From contig JAGVXA010000001.1 of the NCBI GenBank assembly GCA_018304025.1, positions 2,431-66,430 of the forward strand: a stretch of 64,000 bases of DNA, read 5' to 3'. The notes under the pieces were generated by a model. That model worked only from the letters and a program-made list of their open reading frames with translations. It did no database searches and was not told the origin of the DNA. A program made the translations under genes and the position numbers. The stretch comes from Candidatus Pacearchaeota archaeon. GTDB lineage: Archaea; Nanobdellota; Nanobdellia; Pacearchaeales; GW2011-AR1. Numbering within the stretch: the stretch's first letter is position 1; each line of letters opens with the position of its first letter. This document shows, one piece after another, positions 36,634-46,594 of the stretch.

Positions 36634-37338
36634 TTATTCCTTGAATCTCCAGTAGAACAAGGTGTAGATTGCTTGAACTCCGTCTTTCCAGTTTATCTTT
36701 TTTCCGTCGCTTTTGTGGCGCGGGTAGTAAGAAATCGGAACTTCGTGGATTTTTATTCCTTTTTTCAAAATTTTTGCTGTGACTTCTGGCTCCCATTCAA
36801 ATTTATTTCCTTGTATTTCCAAACTTTTGACTAATTTGCTGTCAAATGTTTTGTAGCAGGTTGGTTCGTCGGTTAATTTGGAGCCGTAAAGAAAATTTGT
36901 AAAAAACGTGACTAAAACTCCTCCGGCGTAGAAAGCAAATCCGGAATACTGCTTATTGGATTTTTTTAGCCTGCGCGAGCCGTATACAACTTCGGCTTTT
37001 TTGCTTAGGATTGGATTGATTACTTCCTGGTATTCATTTGGATTGTACTCCATGTCTGCGTCTTGTATTATTATAATGTCTCCGGTTGATTCTTTGATTC
37101 CTTTTTTGACTGCGGAGCCTTTTCCCCCATTAGATTTCCCGATTAATTTTAATTTTGTTGTTTTTGATTTGAAATTTTTTATGAATTCTTTCACTTTTTT
37201 TGCGGTGCCGTCGGTAGAACCGTCATCAATTATTATTATTTCTTTGTCTATCGTCAGTTTTACTTTGGAAACCAGATCTAAGATTTGCGAGATTGTTTTT
37301 TCTTCATTGTATACGGGCATTACCACAGATAGTTTCAT
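36634..37338 (-). CDS. GT2 glycosyltransferase (dolichyl-phosphate hexose synthase-like)
   Basis: VVMPVYNEE, IIIDDGSTDGT, IIIQDADMEY (DxD). Confidence 0.8.
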   Translation of the reverse strand: MKLSVVMPVYNEEKTISQILDLVSKVKLTIDKEIIIIDDGSTDGTAKKVKEFIKNFKSKTTKLKLIGKSNGGKGSAVKKGIKESTGDIIIIQDADMEYNPNEYQEVINPILSKKAEVVYGSRRLKKSNKQYSGFAFYAGGVLVTFFTNFLYGSKLTDEPTCYKTFDSKLVKSLEIQGNKFEWEPEVTAKILKKGIKIHEVPISYYPRHKSDGKKINWKDGVQAIYTLFYWRFKE

Positions 37339-39191
37339 TTTTTGATTATTAAGTAGATTACATAAATCGGGCTTAAAAATGTTAGGACTAAAGCAAGAGT
37401 TACAATCCAGTGAGCTATCTTGTTTAGCAGAGTATCAAAAGAATTGTAGGTAATATAATAATCAAATTGCTTTTCTTTTGGAAGGTATCCTATATCGTAA
37501 ATCCACCAGTTCTTTGGCTGGCTGGCAATGCCGATTACAGAAGATTTTAACATTAATTCTGATTTGTATACATTTACTACTTTTTCTTTTGCTCCTGCAA
37601 TGAATGGATAATAAACTTCTGACCTTACCGGCTCTTCAAATTCTGCAACAAGAACTCCGTTTTTCTTGAAGAAATCTGCCAGAGATTCCATTGATGCGTT
37701 GAAGTCTGGCTGGTCTTTGACTGTTCCCCATCCGCAGTCGTCGGGAACGCATTCAAAAAAATATGTTTCAACGTTGATATCTTCGCCGGACAGCTGGTCT
37801 TTTGAATTAGCGAGATTCATGAAATCTATTCCTTCCAGATACGGCCTTCCTTGAAATGCCCAGTTTATTCTTCCACGATACATCCTGCTGTCTGCCACGA
37901 TTAATGCAGTTTTAGGTATATTTTTATCTTTAAACTGAATCATTTGGGAAATGTGGCTTTCGCCATAGAAATGAGATATTCCTGTTGCTGGAAGCCCCAA
38001 CAAAATTAAGGAGGCGATTAAAAGAACCACGACAAATATTTTGACTGCGTTCACTTTGTAAGTCTGGGAAATTTTTTGACCTGCCCCGTCGAGAAACAGC
38101 GCGCCCAAAGGAATCAAAAAGAGTTCCAGGAAAAGATAATGTTTTGCAAGAAGAATATTGGCGGCTAAAAATGGTAGAATAAAAAGAATGCTGAACAGCA
38201 AAAAGAAAAGATAATCTTTATCTTTTTTGCTTACGAACGTAAACAAAATTCCCAGCAAGCCGAGGTAAAAAACTATCGGGTCTCCCTTGCGAATAAAATC
38301 TGCGGCGCCCAATAAAAGAGGAACGCCGGAAACTATGTGCCTTGTGTCGCCAAAAAATAGCCCGGCCCAAGAGCTTGTCCTGTAAAATGCGGCGTCAAAT
38401 CCGTAATATTGCTCTGAAATATTCCTTCCCAAACCAAGAGTTCTTGTAAAATGCAAGTCCAAAAATCCCTTGTCTTTGTATAAAAGATAATTGTGGGTTA
38501 GTGTTGGGACTGCAAAAACAGCGGCGACTGCCAAGAATAAAATTATTTTTTTCGAATTTTCCCTCGTGATAATTTTTTCTTTATTTTTTCGTTTGATATA
38601 GACAAAATACAGGAGGAATGACGGAACAAAAAGCAGAGGATATGTTTTTGTATAAATTCCGAGTCCTAAAAACAAGCCGCTCATGATGTAATTTAAAGTC
38701 TTCTTTGTTTTTAACGCCCTGACAAAAAGAAGCATTGATACCAAGACGAAAAACATGGCCATCACATCCATTTCTGCTACGGTATTTTTAATATGGAACG
38801 GCGCAATCGCAAGCAGAAAGGAAGCCATCAGCGGAATTTTTTCGCTGAAAAATTCTTTTGTTAAGAGATAAATTACGAATATCGAAAGAGAACCGAAGAT
38901 TACGGCTGCGAGTCTCGACGCTAATTGCGTCGTTCCGAACCAATCATACATAACGCTTGTGAACGCATGCCACAAGCCAGCAGACTGCTCGTAAGTAATC
39001 AACCTGCCTGCGCTGTAGAAATTAATTGCATATGTAACGTGATGCATATCGTCAGCTGTAACAGGAAGATTTATTGCGGCGATTAATCTTAAAGCCAATC
39101 CGAGCAAGAAAATTAAGATTAGAAAGATTGTCTCTTTTTTCATACTGAACAAAGCGTTTATTGTTTTTTCCAGGTATTTATTCTCGTCCAT
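37335..39191 (-). CDS. GT-C membrane glycosyltransferase (GT39/ArnT/PMT-like)
   Basis: 618 aa. An acidic ADDMHH motif lies in the first loop after TM1, followed by ~11 TM helices and a soluble C-terminal domain. Confidence 0.75.
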   Translation of the reverse strand: MDENKYLEKTINALFSMKKETIFLILIFLLGLALRLIAAINLPVTADDMHHVTYAINFYSAGRLITYEQSAGLWHAFTSVMYDWFGTTQLASRLAAVIFGSLSIFVIYLLTKEFFSEKIPLMASFLLAIAPFHIKNTVAEMDVMAMFFVLVSMLLFVRALKTKKTLNYIMSGLFLGLGIYTKTYPLLFVPSFLLYFVYIKRKNKEKIITRENSKKIILFLAVAAVFAVPTLTHNYLLYKDKGFLDLHFTRTLGLGRNISEQYYGFDAAFYRTSSWAGLFFGDTRHIVSGVPLLLGAADFIRKGDPIVFYLGLLGILFTFVSKKDKDYLFFLLFSILFILPFLAANILLAKHYLFLELFLIPLGALFLDGAGQKISQTYKVNAVKIFVVVLLIASLILLGLPATGISHFYGESHISQMIQFKDKNIPKTALIVADSRMYRGRINWAFQGRPYLEGIDFMNLANSKDQLSGEDINVETYFFECVPDDCGWGTVKDQPDFNASMESLADFFKKNGVLVAEFEEPVRSEVYYPFIAGAKEKVVNVYKSELMLKSSVIGIASQPKNWWIYDIGYLPKEKQFDYYITYNSFDTLLNKIAHWIVTLALVLTFLSPIYVIYLIIKK

Positions 39192-39282
39192 TATTTAATT
39201 ACCTTATTTAATATTAATTTCATTACAGGAGAATCTTTATAAACTTTAATCTTGGGCAGTTCAATCCAAGATTATGAAAAAA

Positions 39283-40770
39283 TTAAAAGTTTAGAGTGAG
39301 CATATAAATGCTTTTTAGAATATACCTTGCGTCTTCAAAACTTTTAATTTTAGACAAAAAATCTTTATAAAAAACAGAGGGATTTACATATGAAATTATT
39401 TTTTTAACGTAAAATGTTTTAACAATTTGATTTCTTAAATTATTCAGCTCGGAATTTGTAAAATGCAGGGTGTCATATTGCGTGTTCACTACATTGCTTG
39501 CGAATTTTATTTCAGAGAGAAGATTTTCTTTTTTAAAATCATTATACAAATCTGTTCCGTAAATTGGCTGCGCTGTATAAACAAATGGAAAATTTAAGCG
39601 CGAGTTTATAATGAATTTTTTTGTTTGTTCTATGTCTTCTATTGTTTCATAAGGGAAACCGATAATAAACGTCGAACAAACCCATATTCCCAGCTCGTGA
39701 CAAATAGAAATTAATTCGTTGATTTTGTCAAGATTTACGATTTTTCTGATATATCTTTGTGTTCGCGGAGACGCGGATTCGATTCCGAAAGTTATTCTGT
39801 AGAATCCAGCATCTTTCATTTTTGAGAGAACTTCCCTGTCCAGCGTCCAGAAAGCGACGCCATTTGGCGTGTCCCATTTTATGTCTATTTTTCTTTTGAT
39901 TATTTCTTCGCATATTTTTATTATTCGGTCTTTTTTCAAAGTAAGATTATCGTCTTGAATCCGGAATTGCTTTACGCCATATTTTTTTACAAGAAATTCT
40001 ATGTCGTCTACAACTTTTTTTGGACTTGCTCCGCGCCAGCATCTTCCCCAGATTACATGATTGCCGCAAAAAACGCAATTGCCCGGACAACCTCTGCTGG
40101 TTATAATATCTACTGAAGGATTTCTTAAAGTTGCCCTTGAATTGTCCAGATGATTAAAATAAACATTTAGGTCTATCAGGTGCCATGCGGGTGTTAATTG
40201 GTCTATTTCTTCGATGAATTCTCTTGGCTTGTTAATTTTTATTTTTCCTTTAACTCTGACTGCTGTTCCCTTAATATTCGCCAGATCTTTTTTTTGTTCA
40301 AATTTTTGAGCTATCTCTAGGATTGTTTTTTCTCCCTCGCCAATAACTGCGATGTCAATTTTTTTGTTTCGCATAACATATTTTGGAACCGCAGAAGAAT
40401 GCGCTCCGCCCACCACAAGAAGAAATTTTTTATTGATTTGTTTTTCCATATCTCTTATCAGGTCTATCAACTCAAAAGAATCTTTTTCGTAGGTTGTAAA
40501 CGCACAAGAAACTCCGATTATATCTGGATTGTATTCTTTAATCTCTGCTTTTATTTCTTCCGGGTAAGAGCCTATTTTGTCGGTGGTTCCATTAACTTTT
40601 TTTCTTTTTTTGTAATACACAGGACAATCAAGAATTTTGACATTGAATCCATTTTTTTCCAGATAGTCCGCCATATAAAGAAAACCCAGCGGAAATTTTA
40701 AATTGTTGACTTTGAATTTATTGTCTACGGATTGCGGCGGATTTATGAACATTATTTTTGTTTTTTCCAT
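39283..40770 (-). CDS. B12-binding-domain radical SAM enzyme (class B)
   Basis: N-terminal Rossmann-like B12-binding region (IIGVSC..., LLVVGGAHSS) and a CPGNCVFC (CxxxCxxC) cluster. Confidence 0.8.
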   Translation of the reverse strand: MEKTKIMFINPPQSVDNKFKVNNLKFPLGFLYMADYLEKNGFNVKILDCPVYYKKRKKVNGTTDKIGSYPEEIKAEIKEYNPDIIGVSCAFTTYEKDSFELIDLIRDMEKQINKKFLLVVGGAHSSAVPKYVMRNKKIDIAVIGEGEKTILEIAQKFEQKKDLANIKGTAVRVKGKIKINKPREFIEEIDQLTPAWHLIDLNVYFNHLDNSRATLRNPSVDIITSRGCPGNCVFCGNHVIWGRCWRGASPKKVVDDIEFLVKKYGVKQFRIQDDNLTLKKDRIIKICEEIIKRKIDIKWDTPNGVAFWTLDREVLSKMKDAGFYRITFGIESASPRTQRYIRKIVNLDKINELISICHELGIWVCSTFIIGFPYETIEDIEQTKKFIINSRLNFPFVYTAQPIYGTDLYNDFKKENLLSEIKFASNVVNTQYDTLHFTNSELNNLRNQIVKTFYVKKIISYVNPSVFYKDFLSKIKSFEDARYILKSIYMLTLNF

Positions 40771-40851
40771 GAGGAGAAAGCAGAATTGCTGTTTATATAT
40801 TTTTCTTGAAAGTACAGAAATGGTTATATATTATATTAAAAATGAAGAAAT

Positions 40852-41631
40852 GTGAAGGTATCTGTAATAATCCCTGCATATAATGAAGAAAAGAGAATAG
40901 GCAGAACGCTAGAAAAATATTCTCTTTATTTTGAAAATTTAAGAAAGAGCAACCAATTAGATTATGAAATTTTAGTGGTCATCAACAACACCACTGACAG
41001 AACTGAGGAAATCGTGAAAAAAAGCGCTGAAAAAAACAAGCGAATTAATTTTTTAAATTTGAAACCCGGCGGAAAGGGTTATGCCATCAGAGAAGGATTC
41101 AGGAAAGCATTAGACGATGAAAATGATTTAATTGGTTTTGTTGACGCTGATATGTCTACCCTGCCTGAAGATTTTTATTTTTTAATCAGAAAAATTGGAA
41201 GAGATGACGGGATTATTGCGAGCAGGTATGTCAAAGGTTCTGTTGTAAAACCCCGGCCTTCGATACAAAGAACTGCGGCATCGAGGGTATTTAATGTTTT
41301 TATAAGAGGGCTGCTTTTTATGCCCTACAGAGACACGCAATGCGGGGCAAAATTATTTAAGACTGAAGCGTTAAAAAAAACAATTTCTGATATAAGCATG
41401 TCGCAATGGGCGTTTGACGTCGATCTTCTTTATTGCCTGAGAAAAAGAAATTACAAAATAAAAGAAGTTCCTACGAGATGGTCTGACAGGGAATATTCAA
41501 AAATTAATTTCATGCAGGCTGGACCTTTGATGGCTTTGGCTATTTTGAGATTAAGGTTAATTAATTCTCCGTTCAAGAGTTTTATCAGGATATATAATTT
41601 TATGTTTAACAGCTTAAAAAATATAGGATGA
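40852..41631 (+). CDS. GT2 glycosyltransferase (dolichyl-phosphate glucosyltransferase-like)
   Basis: GTG start. VIIPAYNEE, VVINNTTDRT, FVDADMS. Confidence 0.8.
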   Translation: MKVSVIIPAYNEEKRIGRTLEKYSLYFENLRKSNQLDYEILVVINNTTDRTEEIVKKSAEKNKRINFLNLKPGGKGYAIREGFRKALDDENDLIGFVDADMSTLPEDFYFLIRKIGRDDGIIASRYVKGSVVKPRPSIQRTAASRVFNVFIRGLLFMPYRDTQCGAKLFKTEALKKTISDISMSQWAFDVDLLYCLRKRNYKIKEVPTRWSDREYSKINFMQAGPLMALAILRLRLINSPFKSFIRIYNFMFNSLKNIG

Positions 41632-41655
41632 TAATTTTGATTTGATTAAAGAAAG

Positions 41656-42123
41656 CTAAAGAAGTTCCCTTTTTAATTGCTGCAAATATTCTACTGCTCG
41701 TTCTCTATCGTTTTCGCTTGGGGCCCATGGAGCAAATTTCTTATAACTATCTGGAAAATAAGGCCCTTCACTAAGTTCATACATAATAGAGTTTCTTTCT
41801 AATGCTACAGCTGTATGATATGTGCGGTTCGGTATTTCTATGAAGATATGGTCTGTACTGGACAAAAGCATTTTATCGTTTATCTTTCCTTCTTCAGTAA
41901 AAATTAAAACAGCTATTTTTCCTTGCAGAGGCATCCAAATTTCCTGTCCGTTTAGATTTGGATGTAAGTGGGGAGCCACATAACTGTCTTGCTGGATGCA
42001 ATTGATTATGCATCTTGTTCCTAATTTTTCTGAAGGATGAAACGGAAGAGCGGCTCTTTTTCGGAGAGAGGCGTTAGACTTTTCGATTAAACTTTGTATT
42101 TCTTCTCTTGTTAATTTTAACAT
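41656..42123 (-). CDS. WbuC-family cupin-fold protein
   Basis: LRKRAALPFHPS...YVAPHLHP pattern. The track start at 42135 is TTG. ATG 42123 lies 27 nt below a TATA-like box. Confidence 0.6.
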   Translation of the reverse strand: MLKLTREEIQSLIEKSNASLRKRAALPFHPSEKLGTRCIINCIQQDSYVAPHLHPNLNGQEIWMPLQGKIAVLIFTEEGKINDKMLLSSTDHIFIEIPNRTYHTAVALERNSIMYELSEGPYFPDSYKKFAPWAPSENDRERAVEYLQQLKRELL

Positions 42124-42260
42124 ATGAGTTTTCAATCATTTGGGTTTTTATATTTTTGTTTATCGCGTATCATAATCTTGTAAAAAGTTTTGCAAGAGAG
42201 TTTTATTGAAATGAAAAAGATTGCAATAAACCTTTTAAATCCCATTATATAGAAGAATAA

Positions 42261-42983
42261 ATGAAGTGCGCTATTTTATGCGGAGGAATGGGAGCAAGAT
42301 TGGGAGAGTTAGGAGAATATCTTCCGAAGCCTCTTATGAGAATAGGGGACAAAGCAGTATTGGAACATATAATGGATCATTATGCAAAACATGGAATAAC
42401 TGATTTTGTCTTGTGCTTAGGACATCTTGGAGACAAGATAGTGCGATATTTTTCTAATAAGGGTACGAATTACAAAATAGAATTTGTTGATACTGGAGAA
42501 AAATCTACTAAAATAGACAGATTATTAAAAGTTAAAGAAATTTTAGGAGATACATTCTTAGTCTCGTATGGTGATGACTTATGCAATATTAATATTCAAA
42601 AATTAATTAAGTTCCATAATAAAGAAGGAAGAATGTCTACCTTAACAGTTGTTCGCTTGCCAAGTTCTTATGGTGTTCTAACCTTGCATGATTTTGAACC
42701 TCATTTGGTTTCTGAATTTAAAGAAAAACCCCTGATTCATGAATGGATTAATGGAGGGTATTTTGTATTCGACAAAAGAATATTTGACTACATAAAAGAA
42801 GGAGAAGAACTTGAGGACCATGTTTTGGTTAGATTAGCCAAAGAAAAACAACTTGCGGCATTCAGACACGACGGATTTTGGAAATCCATGAATACATTAA
42901 AAGATTCTGTTGAATTAAATGAAATGTTTGACCGGGGAGAATTAAAGGATTTATTTGGAGGAGTTAATGGCTTGGCAGATTAA
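42261..42983 (+). CDS. rfbF: Glucose-1-phosphate cytidylyltransferase
   Basis: ILCGGMGARLGE...LPKPL N-terminus. Length and the C-terminal GFWKSMNTLKD motif are typical of RfbF. Confidence 0.8.
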   Translation: MKCAILCGGMGARLGELGEYLPKPLMRIGDKAVLEHIMDHYAKHGITDFVLCLGHLGDKIVRYFSNKGTNYKIEFVDTGEKSTKIDRLLKVKEILGDTFLVSYGDDLCNINIQKLIKFHNKEGRMSTLTVVRLPSSYGVLTLHDFEPHLVSEFKEKPLIHEWINGGYFVFDKRIFDYIKEGEELEDHVLVRLAKEKQLAAFRHDGFWKSMNTLKDSVELNEMFDRGELKDLFGGVNGLAD

Positions 42984-43953
42984 TAGTAATTTTTGGAGAA
43001 GCAGAAAAGTTTTTGTTACTGGAGGAACTGGATTTATAGGAACTTACCTTGTTAATGAATTGGTTAAAAATGGTGCGGATGTTTACTGTTTGGTTTTAGA
43101 AATACAAAAAGAATCTAATTTTATTAAACTTGGTTTGGACAAAAAAGTTTCTTTAATTTATGGGAATATTTTAGATTTTGACTTGATTAGGCTTGTCTTG
43201 GATAAATACGACATTGACACGGCTTTTCATCTTGCTGCGCAACCTTTAGTCCAGATTGCGATTAAAAAACCTTCTGAAACTATCCGAACAAATGTTATAG
43301 GAACATTAAATTTGCTTGAAGCGTGCAGATTAAATAATGTTAAAAGAGTTTTGATTGCTTCGTCTGATAAAGCTTATGGGAGTCATGAAAATCTGCCCTA
43401 CGACGAATCGTTTTCATTACATGGCGAGTATCCTTACGACGTATCAAAATCCTGTACTGACTTATTAGCACAGTCTTATGCTAAAAGTTATGGCATGCAT
43501 ATTGGTATATCTAGATCTGCAAATGCTTATGGCGGGGGAGATTTGAATTTTGACAGAATTGTCCCAGAAACTATCAAGCACATCTTGTTTGGCGAGCCCA
43601 TTTTGATAAGAAGCAACGGTAAATTCAAAAGAGAATTTTTCTATGTGAAAGATGCTGCAAAAGCCTATCTTGTCATGGGGGAAAAACTTGAAGAGCTTGG
43701 CTTGAAAGGAGAAGCCTTTAATTTTGGAACTGACCAGCCTGTTGTGATATTAGATTTGGTTCGTAAAATCGTAGAAATTTCTGGGAAACATGATACGGAG
43801 ATAAAAATCTTAAATGAGGCAAAAGCAGAGATTAAAGATCAGTTTTTATCAAATAAAAAAGCGAGAAGCGTTCTTAATTGGAGTCCGGAATATGACTTGG
43901 ACAGAGGACTAAGAGAAACATATGAGTGGTATAAAGATCATTTCGGAAAATGA
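42967..43953 (+). CDS. rfbG: CDP-glucose 4,6-dehydratase
   Basis: VFVTGGTGFIGTYL, SSDKAYG, YDVSK (YxxxK). GGAGGAG SD before ATG 42967. Confidence 0.8.
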   Translation: MAWQINSNFWRSRKVFVTGGTGFIGTYLVNELVKNGADVYCLVLEIQKESNFIKLGLDKKVSLIYGNILDFDLIRLVLDKYDIDTAFHLAAQPLVQIAIKKPSETIRTNVIGTLNLLEACRLNNVKRVLIASSDKAYGSHENLPYDESFSLHGEYPYDVSKSCTDLLAQSYAKSYGMHIGISRSANAYGGGDLNFDRIVPETIKHILFGEPILIRSNGKFKREFFYVKDAAKAYLVMGEKLEELGLKGEAFNFGTDQPVVILDLVRKIVEISGKHDTEIKILNEAKAEIKDQFLSNKKARSVLNWSPEYDLDRGLRETYEWYKDHFGK

Positions 43954-44963
43954 ACACTAAGAAAAAAACAAAGCCAGTTATAACTTTTTCAGTGGTTATT
44001 CCTACGAGAAAAATCAATGATTATATCCGCGAAGCTATTCCTTATCATTTGAACCAGAAATACCAGAATTTTGAAATAATAATTTTGACTGAAGCTAATG
44101 AAAAAGAAAAATTTCCTAAAACAAGAATTATTAAAGTTGGTCAAATTCCTCCTTCTGAAAAAAGAAATATTGGAGTAGAAGCGTCAAGAGGAAAAATAAT
44201 TGCTTTTATCGACGACGATGCTTATCCTGAAAAGGACTGGCTGGAAAATGCAGTTAAAGAATTTGAAGATGAAAAAGTAGTTGGTGTTGGCGGGCCGGGG
44301 CTTGTTCCTCGCGGGGCGAGTTTTTTCCAGAAAGTTTCCAATGAAGTCTATAAATTAAGCTCTCCAAAAACAGGAATAAGATACGGCAAGGGAAAAAGAA
44401 AAATAGTTGAAGATTGGCTGACGTGCAATCTTTTTGTCAGAAGAAAAGATTTTTTAGACGTGGGAGGATTTAATTCGAAATATTGGGGAGGGGAAGATAC
44501 CCAGGTATGTTATGAACTTACAAAAAACGGAAAAAAAATAATTTACAATCCGGGAGTTGTTGTTTACCATCATCCAAGAAAAAACTTGAAAGCTCATCTG
44601 AGACAAACTCTTTTTTGGGCTATGTGGAGAGGATTTTTAGTCCGGTGCTACCCAAAAGATTCAACTAGGCTGACTTTTTTTGCTCCGTCTCTTCTTGTTT
44701 TGTGGCTGTTTTTTGGCGGATTTCTTTCTTTAATTTCAAAAAATTTTGGTTACTTGTATTTAGGAGTTTTTATTCTATATTTTATTTTTCTTTTTGCCGT
44801 CGGAATAAGAACAAAGAGCCTGAAGCTTTTTTTCCCAGTTATTTTTGTAATGGTTCTAACGCAATTGATTTATGGAGTTGGTTTTTTGAAAGGGATTGTT
44901 TTTGGCGAGCCAACCAAAGAAACGTTTAATCCTTCAGAAAAAATTAAAATTAAGCAAAACTGA
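43950..44963 (+). CDS. GT2 glycosyltransferase with C-terminal TM segments
   Basis: FSVVIPTR, FIDDDAYP (DxD), GEDTQ. ATGA overlap with rfbG. Confidence 0.75.
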   Translation: MNTKKKTKPVITFSVVIPTRKINDYIREAIPYHLNQKYQNFEIIILTEANEKEKFPKTRIIKVGQIPPSEKRNIGVEASRGKIIAFIDDDAYPEKDWLENAVKEFEDEKVVGVGGPGLVPRGASFFQKVSNEVYKLSSPKTGIRYGKGKRKIVEDWLTCNLFVRRKDFLDVGGFNSKYWGGEDTQVCYELTKNGKKIIYNPGVVVYHHPRKNLKAHLRQTLFWAMWRGFLVRCYPKDSTRLTFFAPSLLVLWLFFGGFLSLISKNFGYLYLGVFILYFIFLFAVGIRTKSLKLFFPVIFVMVLTQLIYGVGFLKGIVFGEPTKETFNPSEKIKIKQN

Positions 44964-44980
44964 AAAGAAGACAAGAATGC

Positions 44981-46423
44981 TTATTGTTTTACAAAATTCA
45001 CGAATCTTTTAAGATAGAAGAATCCTTCTTTTGAAAAATAGAGAAAAGATTTTGGATCATTTATCAGAGTTTTCATAAATGTGGTGTACACAAAAGAGCG
45101 ACATTTTTTCTTTGCTGCGGAATATATTTTAACAAATTCTTCAACTTTTATGTCTGGGTCTAAAAGAAGAGGGCTTTCTTTATGGTAAAAGTCAGAAAGA
45201 TACTCGTAAAAATCACCTTCCAATTTCCCCCTCTGCTTTGCGATATCCCAAAATTCTGTCGACGGCAAAGGGATTAATATCTGCAGCCACAACCTCATGA
45301 CGCCGATGCGTTTTCCGTAATCGATAAAATCGAGAGTTTTTTTCATGTCTTCTAATTTTTCTGTCGGCATTCCTATCATCAAACATCCGGCTACATTTAA
45401 TTTGTGCTTTATGCATAAACGCATTGCGTTTCGGTTTGTCTCGGCGGATAATGTTTCGTCTTTTTTTACGTATCTTAATATTCTATCTGAACCAGATTCA
45501 AATCCGAATACTACTGTCTTGACATTTAAACTTTGCAACAGGGCGCACATCTCTTCATCAATTGTGTTCGCCCTTGCCTGACACGAGAATGTTACTTTTC
45601 CAAGTAGATTAGATTTTTTTAATTCTTCCCTGAGTTTTTGCAGTCTTGCCTTGTTTATTGAAAATAGGTCGTCAAAAAAATCAATGTGCCGAACTCCATA
45701 ATCATGATAGAGTGTTTTTATTTCGTCGACGACATTTTCGATTGCTCTAAAACGAATTGTGCGCCAGCAGGCTTTGATAGAACAGAACCTGCAATCATAC
45801 GGGCAGCCAATTGATGTCATCATGCCGCATGAAACTCCAAAAGAATAAACTTCCGGGATAAATTTTGTTTTAAAATATCCTGGGTTTAGAAGGCTATAGT
45901 CAATCGGAAAAAGATGATCGATATTATTGCTTGCTTTTCTTCTTTCGGTTTTTTTTACAATGTCCTTCTCATGATATATAAGCCCCTGAATTTTTTTAAC
46001 GCTCTGGTTTGACTGCAATTTTTTAATCAGCTCTACGAATGTTTGCTCTCCTTCGCCAATAACGCCGAAATCAAAAACAGGATCAAGGGATTCCGGCAAT
46101 GTCGTGATGTGGGGGCCGCCGACGACAATTTTTACATCTGGAAATATTGCCTTGACTTTTTTTCCAAATGCAATTGCTTTTTTATACGATTGGGTAAATG
46201 TTGTGAAACCGACAATGTCCGGCTTGAAACGCGCAAGTTCTGCCAGAACATCATCGAATGTATTATCATAGAGGCGAACAGTGACATTTTTGCAATGTTC
46301 TTTTACATATTTTGTAATTATCAGAGTACCGATAATTGGAAATCGAAAATCGTTTTCTGGCAGTGATACGATTGCGATTTTTAGCGGGATTTTCGAGCTT
46401 TCTTTTGAAATGGTCTGCTGCAT
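44981..46423 (-). CDS. B12-binding-domain radical SAM enzyme (class B), second copy
   Basis: IVGFTT / IVVGGPHIT B12-like region and a CPYDCRFC cluster. Diverged from 39283-40770. Confidence 0.8.
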   Translation of the reverse strand: MQQTISKESSKIPLKIAIVSLPENDFRFPIIGTLIITKYVKEHCKNVTVRLYDNTFDDVLAELARFKPDIVGFTTFTQSYKKAIAFGKKVKAIFPDVKIVVGGPHITTLPESLDPVFDFGVIGEGEQTFVELIKKLQSNQSVKKIQGLIYHEKDIVKKTERRKASNNIDHLFPIDYSLLNPGYFKTKFIPEVYSFGVSCGMMTSIGCPYDCRFCSIKACWRTIRFRAIENVVDEIKTLYHDYGVRHIDFFDDLFSINKARLQKLREELKKSNLLGKVTFSCQARANTIDEEMCALLQSLNVKTVVFGFESGSDRILRYVKKDETLSAETNRNAMRLCIKHKLNVAGCLMIGMPTEKLEDMKKTLDFIDYGKRIGVMRLWLQILIPLPSTEFWDIAKQRGKLEGDFYEYLSDFYHKESPLLLDPDIKVEEFVKIYSAAKKKCRSFVYTTFMKTLINDPKSFLYFSKEGFFYLKRFVNFVKQ

Positions 46424-46594
46424 TATTTTCCTTGAGCGATTGAATTAATAAACTTTTTTATGCATTAGTTGCCTCGCTTATTCAAATTATATAGTTTAAA
46501 TACAGAAACTTTATTAATGTTAAATTCGCGGAAGATGCAACTAAAATGAAACTGAATTTAGAATATCAGCTCTGTTCCTCGCGAGATAAATAAA